Part shown: piece by piece, positions 37,601 through 47,538 of the stretch
Position numbering within the stretch: position 1 is the first letter of the stretch
Layout: each line of letters opens with the position of its first letter
Source of the DNA: Okamejei kenojei
Lineage: Eukaryota
Length of the DNA: 64,000 nucleotides
NCBI GenBank assembly: GCA_035221665.1
Contig: CM069170.1
Span: forward strand, 434,001 to 498,000
Direction: 5' to 3'
Made by a program: the position numbers and the translations under genes
Notes under the pieces: generated by a model
The model's database searches: none
The model's input: the letters and a program-made list of their open reading frames with translations, nothing else
What the model was told of the DNA's origin: nothing

Positions 37601-38682
37601 GCAAACTCTTCAAACACCCCGCAAACTCTTCAACGGCCCGCAAACTCTTCAACCGCCTTGCAAAGTCTTCAACCGCCTCGCAAACTCTTCAACCTCACTC
37701 AGAAATCTTCAACCGCCTTGCAAAGTCTTCCACCGCCTCGCAAACTCTTCAACCGCCTTGCAAAGTCTTCCACCGGCTTGTAAAACTCTTCAACCTCCCC
37801 GCAAAACTCTTCAACCTCACTCAGAAATCTTCAAACACTCTGCAAACTCTTCAACCGCTCTGCAAACTCTTCAACCGCCCTGCAAACTCTTCACCACCCC
37901 GCAAACTCTTCAACTACCCTGTAGAAAATTCAATTACTCTGCAAATTCTTGAACAGCCTTGCATGCACGCCAACCGCTCTACAAAAAAGCGCCAGCGACC
38001 CTAAAACTCTTCCACCACCGTAGGGATACTCGACCATAGTAAAAACCCGCAGTCACGCTGTAAACACGTCACCCAACGCACAAAACGCACCGTGTAACCA
38101 AATAAAACTCACCCGCCCCGCAAACTATCCAGTCAACCCGCAAACACTTCAATCGCCTTGTGGATGAACCAAGGTGTGTTCAAGTGTTTATCTGGTGCCT
38201 GGCACGGTTGAGGATGCGATGAAAATCTTGCAGGGCGGTTGACACAAGATAACCAAAAAGACAATACGGGGAGAAAAGATGAGGTACAAAGATAAGCTAG
38301 CCATGAATATAAGGGAGGATAGTAAAAGCTTCTTTAGGTGTGTGAAGAGGAAAAAATTAGTGAAGACCGAAGTTGGACCCTCGAAGGCTGAAATGGGTGA
38401 ATGTATTATCATGGGGAACACGGAAATGGCAGACGAGCTGAACAGGTACTTTGGATCCGTCTTCACTTAGGAAGACACAAACAATCTTCCTGATATAGTA
38501 GCGGCCAGAGGATCTGGGGTGACGGAGGAACTGAAGGAAATTGACGTTAGGCTGGAAATGGCGTTGGGTAGACTGATGGGACTGAAGGCTGATAAATCCC
38601 CAAGGCCTGATGGTCTGCATCCCAGGGTACTTAAGGAATTGGCCCGAGAATTCGTGGATGCATTGGTGATCATTTTCCAATG

Positions 38683-39404
38683 ATCTAGGAATAACTGTGC
38701 ATAGTTCCCTGAAGGTGGAATCGCATGTAGATAGGGTGGTAAAGAAAGCCTTTGGTGTGCTGGCCTTTATAAATCAGAGCATTGAATATAGGAGTAGGGA
38801 AGTAATGTTAAAATTGTACAAGGCATTGGTAAGACCAATTCTGGAGTATGGTGTACAATTTTGGTCGCCTAGTTATAGGAAGGATGTCAACAAAATAGAG
38901 AGAGTACAGAGGAGATTTACTAGAATGTTGCCAGGGTTCCAGCAACTATGTTACAGAGAAAGGTTGAACAAGTTAGATCTTTATTCTTTGGAGCGCAAGA
39001 AGGTTAAGGGGGGACTTGATTGAGGTCTTTAAAATGATGAGAGGGATAGACAGAGTTGACGTGGATAAGCTTTTTCCATTGAGAGTAGGGAAGAGATTTC
39101 AAACAAGAGGGCAATGACATGAGAATTAAGGGACAGAAGTTTAGGGGTAACGTGAGGGGGAGAACTTCTTTACTCAGAGGGGTGGTGGCTGTGTGGAATG
39201 AGCTTCCAGCAGAAGTGGTGGAGGCAGGATCGATTTTAACATTTAAAAGTAAAGTGGATAGGTATATGGACGGGAAGGGAATGGAGGGGTATGGTCTGAG
39301 TGCAGGTAGATGGGACTAGGGGAAAATTAAATGGTCGGCACGGACTGGAAGGGCCGAGAGGGCCTGTTTCCGTGCTGTAATTGTTATATGGTTATTATCT
39401 GGTT
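38683..39404 (+). mobile_element. Nested CR1 of a second subfamily (3' part, TTATATGG-type tail)
   Basis: ORF 38697-39023 reads HVDRVVKKAFGVLAFI...LVRPILEYGVQFWSPSYRKDV. It has a distinct 3' UTR (GGGCCGAGAGGGCCTGTTTCCGTGCTGT). The host reads CATTTTCCAATG|...|AATGTTCTATGG across it (possible AATG TSD). Confidence 0.88.
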
Positions 39405-40234
39405 AATGTTCTATGGATTCTGGATCAGTTCCTGTGGATTGGAGGGTAGCTAATGTTATCCCACTTTTTAAGAATGGTGGGAGAGAGAAAACGGGGAATT
39501 ATACACCAGTTAGCCTGACATCGGTGGTGTGGAAGATGCTGGAGTCAATCATAAAAGATGAAATAGCCGCACATTTGGACAGCAGTAACAGGATCGGTCC
39601 GAGATAGCATGGATTTACGAAGGGGAAATCATGCTTGACTAATCTTCTGGAATTTTTTGAAGATGTAACTAGGAAAATGGACAAGGGAGAGCCAGTGGGT
39701 GTAGTGTACCTGGACTTTCAGAAAGCATTTGATAAGGTCCAACACTGGAGATTAGTGGGCAACATTAGGGCACATGTTATTGGGGGTAGTGTGCTGACAT
39801 GGATAGAAAATTGGTTGGCAGACAGGAAACATAAGAGTAGGGATTAACGGGTCCCTTTCAGAATGGCAGGCAGAGACTAGTGGGGTACCGCAAGGCTCGG
39901 TGCTGGGACCGCAGCTTATTATCTGAATGGTGTCAAGTTGGGAAAAGGGGAAGTAGAAATAGATCTGGGGGTCCTTGTTCATCTCTCACTGAAAGTCAGC
40001 ATGCAGGTACAGCAGGCAGTGAAGAAAGCTAATGGTATGTTAGTCTTCATTACAAGAGGAATTGAGTATAGGAGCAAAGAGGTTCTCCTGCAGTTGTACA
40101 GTGCCCTGGTGAGACCACACCTGGAGTATTGGGTGCAGTTTTGGTCTCCAAATTTGAGAAATGACATTCTTGCTATTGAGGGAGTGCAGCGTAGGTTCAC
40201 GAGGATAATTCCTGGGATGGCGGGCCTGTCATAT

Positions 40235-40645
40235 AAGTAAGGAAGTAGGTAAGTTTATTGGCCAAGTATTCACATACAAGGAATTTGCTTGGTGCTCCGC
40301 CCACAAGTAACAACATGACATACAGTGACAGTTACGAATGACTCAGAAAACACTAAACATTAATAATAATAAAACATTAATGATAAAACACCATTGATCA
40401 AGCATGTGAACCAACACAATACCAGATCAAAGGGAGGCTACAGATTTTGGGCTGTTTAGTAGAGCAACTACTCGTGGGTAAAAACTGTTTTTATGTCCGG
40501 CTGTGGCAGCTTTGACAGTCCGGAGTCGCCTTCCAGAGGGAAGTGATTCAAAGAGTTTGTGGCCAGGGTGAGTGGGGTCAGAGATGATCTTGCCCGCTCG
40601 CTTCCTGTCCCTTGCAGTGCACAGTTCATCAATGGAGGGGAAAAA
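40235..40645 (-). mobile_element. Nested Rex1/Babar-type 3' fragment
   Basis: ORF 40427-40678 reads RAGKIISDPTHPGHKLFESLPSGRRLRTVK, with an ACTT-type tail. The host CR1 continues TCATAT|...|ATGAAAGAATGGAGCG. Confidence 0.85.
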
Positions 40646-41092
40646 ATGAAAGAATGGAGCGACTGGGCTTGCATTCACTGGAATTTAGAAGGACGAGAGG
40701 GGCTCTTACAGAAGCATATACAAGTATTAAGGAATTGGACACGCTAGAGGCAGGAATCATGTTGTTCCTGTTGTTGGGGGTGTCCAGAACCTGGGGCAAT
40801 CACAGTTTACGAATAAGGGTCTGGCCATTTAGAACTGGGTTGATGAAAAACGTTCACAGAGAGCTGTGAATCTGTGGTATTTTCTGCCTGGGAAGGTAGG
40901 TGGAAGCCGAGTCACTGGATGCATTCAAACGAGAGTACGACCAAGCTCTTTGGGCTAGTGGAATCAAGGGGTATGGGGAGAAGGCTGGAACGGGGTACTG
41001 ATTGTGGATGATCAGCCATGATCATATTGAATGGCGATGCTGTCTCGAAGGGCAGAATGGCCTACTCCTGTACCTATTGTCTATTGTCTATT

Positions 41093-41695
41093 GAGACCAC
41101 GCCTGGAGTATTGTGTGCAATTTTGGTCTCCTAATTTGAGGAAGGACATCCCTTGTGATTGAGGCAGTGCAGCGTAGGTTCACCAGATTGATCCCTGGGA
41201 TGGCGGGACTGTCATATGAGGAAAGATTGAAAAGACTAGGCTTGTATTCAACCTGGAGTTTAGAAGGATCCTGCAGCGGGCTGGGGCAGGGTTCTTATAG
41301 AAACATTAAAAAATTTATAAAAACCCATTCAAAGGACAAGCAAGAAGCATGAACATTTTTTCCCAATGTTGGCGAGTCCCGAGAACCAGTGGGCCACACA
41401 GTCTTAGAATAACGGGGAGATTATTTAAGACTGAGGTGAGAAAAAAACATTTTTACCCAGAGAGTTGTGAATTTGTGGAATTCCCTGACACAGAGGGCAG
41501 TGGAGGCCAAGTCACTGGATGTATTCAAACGAGAGTTCGACCAAGCTGTTTGGGCTAGCATGATCAACGGGATATGGGTAGAAGGCAGGCACGGGATACA
41601 GATTGGGGATGATCAGCCATGATCACAATGAATGACGGTGCTGGCTCGAAGGGCTGAATGGCCTCCTCCTGCACCTATTGTCTATGTGTCTAGGT
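41093..41695 (+). mobile_element. 5'-truncated CR1 LINE directly after the previous CR1 tail
   Basis: [13 protein letters not shown] and [31 protein letters not shown], followed by the CR1 3' UTR and tail. Confidence 0.88.
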
Positions 41696-41930
41696 ATCTG
41701 CGTATCTATTGATCGCACTTCCGGGTCATCCACCACACATCCGGAAACATCGAGGTGCTGTAGTATCTATTTATCGCACTTCCGGCGCATCCACCACACA
41801 TCCGGAAACATCGAGGCATCGTAGTATCTATTTATCGCACTTCCGGCGCATCCACCACACATCCGGAAACATCGAGGCATCGTAGTATCTATTTATCGCA
41901 CTTCCGGCGCATCCACCACACATCCGGAAA
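41695..41930 (+). repeat. 61-bp minisatellite (~4 copies) containing CACTTCCGG...TCCGGAAA
   Basis: TATCTATTTATCGCACTTCCGGCGCATCCACCACACATCCGGAAACATCGAGGCATCGTAG repeats with a 61-bp period. One or two copies recur at ~45390, ~45940 and in each macrosatellite unit. Confidence 0.92.
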
Positions 41931-42081
41931 ATCACTCGCTCCATCTCACATGTAGAAGACACGTCTAAAGCGTCGACCACGCCGGTGAAGATCGCTGCCA
42001 ACACACCGCCAGCTCTTGCAAAATAGTCCCTCCACCCGTCCCTCACGCACAACTCCCTCTAAACGCCATCTGCAGCACTTC

Positions 42082-42440
42082 GTTGCCACCTCACGCTACC
42101 ACAGCAGAGCCACTAAAACCATCAAAGACTCCGCACACCCCGGTCACCACCCCTTTGAACGGTTGCCCTCTGGCAGGCGTTACAGGTCAGCCAAAGCGCG
42201 CAGCACCACACTCAGAGACAGTTTCTTCCCCAACGCAATCTACACACTGGACATGAAAAAACACTGAGTATTATTCATGCTGTTACCCACCTTGCACTTT
42301 ACTATCGCAATGTACGGTACTGATTACTTACTTATTTTAATGTCTAGTTTTTAACATTGTTTTTAAGTTGTATCCTGTGTTTTTATGTTTGTATATTATG
42401 CACCAATGGAGTGGCGACAACAATTTCGTGGTGTGCAGTG
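42082..42440 (+). mobile_element. Rex1/Babar-type 3' fragment
   Basis: The 3' half of ORF 42016-42267 reads RATKTIKDSAHPGHHPFERLPSGRRYRSAKARSTTLRDSFFPNAI, followed by an AT-rich UTR. Confidence 0.85.
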
Positions 42441-42860
42441 CAAGTTCAAGTGTTCAAGTGAGTTTATTGTCACGTGTGTCCCTGACAGGACAATGAAATT
42501 CTCGCCTTTGCATCAGCACAACAGAAAGAAACATAGACGGCATTGAGCTACAGTGTGTTGTCCATACTAACCATTTGAAAATAACGTAAATACACGATGA
42601 ATTAATAAACTGACCAAGTGCAAATAACAGATAATGGGTTATTAATGTTCAGAGTTTTGTCCGAGCCAGGTTTAACAGCCTGATGGCTGTGGGGGAGTAG
42701 CTATTCCTGAACCTGGTCGTTGCAGTCTTCAGGCTCCTGTACCTTCTACCTGAAGGTAGCAGGGAGATGAGTGTGTGGCCAGGGTGGTGTGGGTCCTTGA
42801 TGATGCTGCCAGCCTTTTTTGAGGCAGCGACTGCGATAGATCCCCTCGATGGAAGGAAAT
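42441..42860 (-). mobile_element. Rex1/Babar-type 3' fragment (different subfamily), tail-to-tail with the previous one
   Basis: ORF 42649-42864 reads KKAGSIIKDPHHPGHTLISLLPSGRRYRSLKTATTRFRNSY. The tail appears as CAAGTTCAAGTGTTCAAG on +. Confidence 0.85.
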
Positions 42861-42904
42861 GCATTTAATTTCATTTTTCTTTCAAATCACATCTATTACG
42901 GTTC

Positions 42905-43031
42905 TCCCCTTCCAAGTTCTCCCACGTCTCCGCCTACTTCCTTTCTGTCCCCCCCCCCCCCCCCCCCCCTCACCCCGGACATCAGTCTGGGGATGGGTCC
43001 CGACCCGAAACGTCGCCTATTCCTTCTTTCC
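42905..43031 (+). mobile_element. PLE 3' UTR fragment with degenerate hammerhead
   Basis: Poly-C followed by CATCAGTCTGGGGATGGGTCCCGACCCGAAACGTCGCCTATTCC; CUGANGA is mutated while GAAAC-GUC is intact. Confidence 0.7.
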
Positions 43032-43050
43032 AACGCCATCCTGCAGCACT

Positions 43051-43390
43051 TATATAACCATATAACAATTACAGCACGGAGACAGGCCCTCTCGGCCCTT
43101 CCAGTCCGTGCCGACCATTTGTTTTCCCCTAGTCCCATCTACCTGCACTCAGACCATACCCCTCCATTCCCTTCACGTCCATATACCTATCCACTTTACT
43201 TTTAAATGTTAAAATCGATCCTGCCTCCACCACTTCTGCTGGAAGCTCATTCCAACACACGGCCGCTTACCACCACCCTCTGAGTAAAGAAGTTCCCCCT
43301 CACGTTACCCCTAAACTTCTGTCCCTTAATTCTCATGTCATGCCCTCTTGTTTGAATCTTCCCTACCCTCAATGGGAAAAGCTTATCCAC
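43051..43390 (-). mobile_element. CR1 second-subfamily 3' fragment
   Basis: Near reverse complement of 39060-39395; flanked by CACTT on both sides. Confidence 0.88.
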
Positions 43391-43545
43391 TTCAAATCAC
43401 ATCTATCACGGTTCCACCACATCAACGACCATTCTCGGAGATAGACCACCTTTCTGTCTTGCCCCCCCCCCCCCCACTCTTGTAAGACAGTTTCAACCCT
43501 CGAAAATACGACAATTCCCCTTCATATACTGTACATGGCCGACAC

Positions 43546-43717
43546 TTAGCAAATTTGCAGATGAAACAAGGCTGGGTGGCAGTGTGAACTGTGAAGAGGA
43601 TGCTATGAGGATTTTTCACACAGAGTGGTGAGTCTCTGGAATTCTCTATCACAGAAGGTAGTTGAGGCCAGTTGATGGCCTAATCCAGCAACTATTTTCT
43701 ATGTTTCTATGTTTCTA
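43546..43717 (+). mobile_element. Heavily internally deleted CR1 derivative (RT FADD region joined to 3' end pieces)
   Basis: TTAGCAAATTTGCAGATGAAACAAGGCTGGGTGG (SKFADETRLGGSVNCEEDAMR) is fused to TTTTTCACACAGAG..TGGAATTCTCT and a TTTCTATG tail. A paralog lies at ~46290-46480. Confidence 0.75.
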
Positions 43718-43723
43718 GGATGC

Positions 43724-43983
43724 AACAGACAATAGGCGCAGGAGTAGGCCATTCGGCCCTTCGAGCCAGCATCGCCATTCAATTTGATCATGGCTGATCA
43801 TCCACAATCAGTACCCCGTTCCTGCCTTCTCCCCATATCCCCTGACTCCGCTAGCTTTAAGAGCCCTATCTAGCTCTCTCTTGAAAGTATCCAGAGAACT
43901 GGCCTCCACCGCTCTCTGAGGCAGAGAATTCCGCAGACTCACCACTCTCTGTGGGAAAAAGTGTTTCCTCCTCTGTTCTAAAT
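43724..43983 (-). mobile_element. CR1 3' end
   Basis: ORF 43808-44002 reads KHFFPQRVVSLRNSLPQRAVEA...GYGEKAGTGY, followed by UTR and tail. Confidence 0.9.
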
Positions 43984-43984
43984 T

Positions 43985-44135
43985 TCCTATATGCATATAC
44001 ACGCAAACAAAACACTGTATGTGATATGTACCTTTATTAGGTTCCTAAACATGGGCTCTACAAATTGATGTGTTATTTGTGTCCCATTCATGACCCCGGC
44101 AAAGCCCCGAACGACCCCCAGGTTAAGAACCACTG
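43985..44135 (-). mobile_element. Probable hAT (Charlie/MER5-like) DNA transposon terminus, one end only
   Basis: The minus strand begins CAGTGGTTCTTAACCTGGGGGTCG, typical of hAT-Charlie TIRs. No matching second TIR was seen. It repeats in each macrosatellite unit. Confidence 0.6.
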
Positions 44136-44222
44136 CCATAGATGCCGTCTCACCCGCTGAGATTCTCCGCCAATATATGTCTAAGTTCGATTGCTCCAGT
44201 ATCTGCAGTTCCTTCCTAAACA
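44136..44222 (+). mobile_element. PLE terminal-repeat fragment
   Basis: CCATAGATGCCGTCTCACCCGCTGAGATTCTCC...TATCTGCAGTTCCTTCC is the reverse complement of the PLE modules elsewhere in the window. Confidence 0.75.
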
Positions 44223-44358
44223 TGATCTGAATGGTGTCAGGTTAGGAAAATGGGAAGTACAACGGGACCTGGGTGTCCTTGTTCATCAGTCACAGGGAAG
44301 TACCAGCCGATGCAGGGCACAGCAGGCAGTGAAGAAAGCCAATGGCATGTTCGCCTTC
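44223..44358 (+). mobile_element. CR1 ORF2 internal fragment
   Basis: LNGVRLGKWEVQRDLGVLVHQS...QQAVKKANGM. The continuation (GAGGAGTTGAGTATAGGAGCAAAGAG) reappears at ~45345-45380. Confidence 0.8.
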
Positions 44359-44359
44359 A

Positions 44360-44848
44360 AAGACAATAGACAATCGACAATAGCCCCTGCGCGACAATAG
44401 GTGCAGGAATAGGCATTCGGCCTTCGAGCCATAGAACCACATTCAATGTGATTGATGGGCTGATCATACCCCAATCAGAGCCCCGTCCTGCCTTCTCCCA
44501 TATCCCCTGACTCCGCAACTATCTTTAAGAGCTCTATCTAACCCTCCAGAGAACCGGCCTCCACCGCCCTCTGAGGCAGAGAATTCCACAGACTCACCTA
44601 CTCTCTGCGTGAAAAAGTGTTTCCGTCTCGTTCTTTAAATGGCTGACCCCTTATCCTTAAATGTGTGTGGCCCCCTGTTTGGACTCCCCAACATCGGGAA
44701 CATGTTTCTGCCTCTAACGTGTCCAAGCCCTTACAATCTAATATGTTTCAATGAGATGCCCTCTCATCCTTCTAAACTCCAGAGTGTACAAGCCCAGCTG
44801 CTCCATTCTCTCAGCATATGACAGTCCCGCCATCCCAGGAATTAACCT
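44360..44848 (-). mobile_element. CR1 3' portion inserted into the preceding CR1 fragment
   Basis: AGACAAT tail, UTR and ORF2 C-terminus, homologous to 26322-26820. Confidence 0.85.
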
Positions 44849-45007
44849 CAGTACTATCCAAAAAGTATATAATTCCATCATCCCCAAAGTGTGTCACTTC
44901 ACCAGTACTACCCCACAGTGTGTCATTCCATCAGTACTACCCCACAGTGTGTCATTCCATCAGTACTACCCCACAGTGTGTCATTCCATCAGAAATACCC
45001 CACAGTG
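44849..45007 (+). repeat. 29-bp minisatellite CAGTACTACCCCACAGTGTGTCATTCCAT (~3.5 good copies plus degenerate ones)
   Basis: Direct tandem repetition at 44903-45007. Confidence 0.9.
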
Positions 45008-45084
45008 GGGGCCAATTCCACAGATTCCCAACCCTCTGTGCAAAAAAGTTTGTCTTCATCTCCATTCTAACGAGTTACAATGAG

Positions 45085-45205
45085 ACTCAACAAGGCAACT
45101 TTGAAGCTAATAGGACATGGGTGGGGGAGGGATGGAGAGAGAAGATATGCAAAGGTTACTTGAAGTTAGAGAAATCACTTATCATACCACTGGGTTCTAA
45201 GCTGC
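45085..45205 (-). mobile_element. PLE ORF C-terminus/3' UTR fragment (second PLE family)
   Basis: The minus strand encodes SLEPSGMISDFSNFK*, matching the end of PLE GIY-YIG-containing ORFs. Confidence 0.65.
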
Positions 45206-45551
45206 TCTTTTCACATTTGATTGCATTAGAGCTAAATGTTGATCGCTCGGAGAAACATAGGAGCAAGGATAGATTCGAACTCCATTCGTATAGAAAAATG
45301 TGCATCTCCTTCAATAAATTCAGTGACTTCTCCTCTGCAGCTTTTCATACAGTGAGGAGTTGAGTATAGGAGCAAAGAGCAAATCTGGATATCTATGGAT
45401 CTATTTCTCACATTTCCGGGTCATCCACCACACACCCGGAAACATATAGGTATCTATGTATCTATTTCTCGCATTTCCGGGTCATCCACCACACATCCGG
45501 AAACATCACTCGCTCCATCACACACATAGACGACACATAGAAGCGCGTCGG

Positions 45552-45938
45552 TAATTTGGTCTCCTAATTTGAGGAAGGACATCCTTGTGATTGAGGCAGT
45601 GTAGCGTAGGTTCACGAGATTGATCCCTGGGATGGCATGATTGTGATATGAGGAAAGATTGAAAAGAATGGGCTTGTATTCACTGGAGTGTAGAAGGATG
45701 AGGGGGCGATCTTATAGAAACGTATACAATTATAAAAGGATAGATAAATGGTTAGTCCAGTTAGCCATCTGCGGGCGGTGGAGGAGTCACTGGTGGATTT
45801 AAGTCAGGGGAAGGGATATGGGGAGAAGGCAGGTACGGGTTGTTGATAGGAGACGATCAGCCATGATCACAGTGAATGGCGGTGCAGGCTCGAAGGGCAG
45901 CATGGACTATCCCTGCACCTATTGTCCATGCGCCTAGG
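45552..45938 (+). mobile_element. CR1 3' fragment, deleted paralog of 41118-41695
   Basis: TTTGGTCTCCTAATTTGAGGAAGGACATCCTTGTGATTGAGGCAG, followed by the same tail and the same 61-bp-unit flank. Confidence 0.85.
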
Positions 45939-47239
45939 TATCTATGTATCTATTTAGCGCACTTCCGGCGCATCCACCACACATCCGGAAACATCACTGG
46001 CTCCATCTCACACATGGACGACTGGTCAAAAGCGTCGATAACGCTTGTAAACGCCGCAGCGACGCTGCCAACACGCCGTCGGCTCTTGTAAATCGCCCGT
46101 CCACCCTTCTCTCACGCACAACTCCCTTTAAACGTCATCTGCAACACTTCAAAATCACATCTATTACGGTTCCACCACATCAACAACCTTTCTCGGAGAT
46201 AGACCACCTTTCTGTCTCGCCCCCCACACTCTTCTAAGACAGCTGCAACCCTCGAAATACCACGATTCCCCTTCCTATACATGGCCAACACTTAGCAAAT
46301 TTGCAGATGAAACAAAGCTGGGTGGTAGTGTGAACTGTGAGGCAGTGTGAACTGTGAGGAGGATGCTATGAGGATTTTTCACACAGAGAGTGGTGAGTCT
46401 CTGGAATTCTCTACCACAGAAGGTAGTTGAGGCCAGTTGATGGCCTAATCCAGCAACTATTGTCTATGTTTCTATGTTTCTAGGATGCAACAGACAATAG
46501 GCGCAGGAGTAGGCCATTCGGCCCTTCGAGCCAGCATCGCCATTCAATTTGATCATGGCTGATCATCCACAATCAGTACCCCGTTCCTGCCTTCTCCCCA
46601 TATACCCTGACTCCGCTATCTTTAAGAGCCCTATCTAGCTCTCTCTTGAAAGCATCCAGAGAACATGCCTCCACCGCCCTCTGAGGCAGAGAATTCCACA
46701 GACTCACCAATCTCTGTGAGAAAAAGTGTTTCCTCGTCTCCGTTGTAATTGGCCTAAATACATACGCAAACAAAATAGTGTATGTGGTATGTGCCTTTAT
46801 TATGTTCCTAAACATGGGCTCAACAAATTGATATGTTATTTTTGTCCCCTTCATGACCCACGGCAAAGCCGCATACGACCCCCAGATTAAGAACCATTGC
46901 CATAGATGCTGCCTCACCCGCTGAGATTCTCCACCATATGTCAACCTTCGATTGCTCCAGTATCTGCAGTTCATTCCTAAACATGATCTGAATTGTGTCA
47001 GGTTAGGAAAAATGGGAAGTACAACGGGGATCTGGGGTGTCCTTGTTCATCAGACACTGGGAAGTAAGCATGCAGGTACAGCAGGCAGTGAAGAAAGCGA
47101 ATGGCATTTTGGCCTTCAATAGACAATAGACAATAGGTCTTCATACAGCGAGGAGTTGAGTATAGGAGCAGAGAAAAGGCAGACAAAAGTGTTGGAGAAA
47201 CTCAGCGGGTGCAGCAGCAGCTATGGAGCGAAGGAAATA

Positions 47240-47273
47240 GGCAACGTTTTGGGCCAAAACCCTTCTTCAGACT
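47240..47273 (-). ncRNA. Hammerhead-like motif (GAAA mutated to AAAA)
   Basis: Minus strand: GTCTGAAGAAGGGTTTTGGCCCAAAACGTTGCC. Confidence 0.4.
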
Positions 47274-47506
47274 CTTTTTTCTGGGCTAGGATGTGGGTCG
47301 TAGAGTTGGAGGGAAGGCGGGGATCACACAGAGGGTGGAGCAGTTAGAGAGGAGGGAGGAGGGAACTTCTTCAAGGAGAGAATTCCTTGAGGAGATTTCG
47401 CAGTGGAGATCAGACAATGAAACTTGATGCTGGAAATCGAAGGTAGACACAAATGCTGGAGAAACTCAGCGGCGGTGCAGCAGCATTCCATGGAACGTAG
47501 GAATTA

Positions 47507-47538
47507 GGCACGTTTCAGGCCGAAACCCTTCTTCAGAG
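47507..47538 (-). ncRNA. Hammerhead-like motif, second of a tandem pair
   Basis: Minus strand: CTCTGAAGAAGGGTTTCGGCCTGAAACGTGCC. The core is intact but the cleavage triplet reads GUG. Confidence 0.45.

Larger units (their letters stand above)
29467..38240 (+). repeat. Satellite A, more diverged subdomain with ~2-kb and ~0.8-1 kb higher-order units and short internal inversions (~36380-36700, ~37130-37540, ~38170-38240)
   Basis: Blocks 30137-30480, 32500-32830 and 34545-34860 are near-identical. Block 36140-36420 recurs at ~36860-37250 and ~37900-38240. Confidence 0.88.
38241..41093 (+). mobile_element. Decayed CR1 LINE ORF2 (linker + RT N-terminus + C-terminus/3' UTR), internally deleted and interrupted by two nested elements
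   Basis: Motifs KLAMNIREDSKSFF, KSPRPDGLHPRVLKE, WRVANVIPLFK..REKTGNYTPVSLTS, YLDFQKAFDKV and GVPQGSVLGP (~39880-39910) are present. The sequence then jumps to YYLNG..DLGVLV, so the FADD region is missing. It has stops and frameshifts, and a (CTATTGT)n tail at ~41074-41093. Confidence 0.9.

Noticed and set aside
476-38004. Numerous ORFs up to 314 aa rich in LQTLQPP/CKLFNRP/NSSTAL (e.g. 2103-2795, 25378-26322, 35335-36246)
   Set aside because: They are translations of the 20-bp satellite. The same motifs occur in all three frames, indels are not multiples of three, many starts are TTG/GTG, and there is no domain or splice structure.
38241-41093. Functional reverse transcriptase gene
   Set aside because: It has stops, frameshifts, two nested insertions and a deleted catalytic FADD region, and no endonuclease domain or ORF1.
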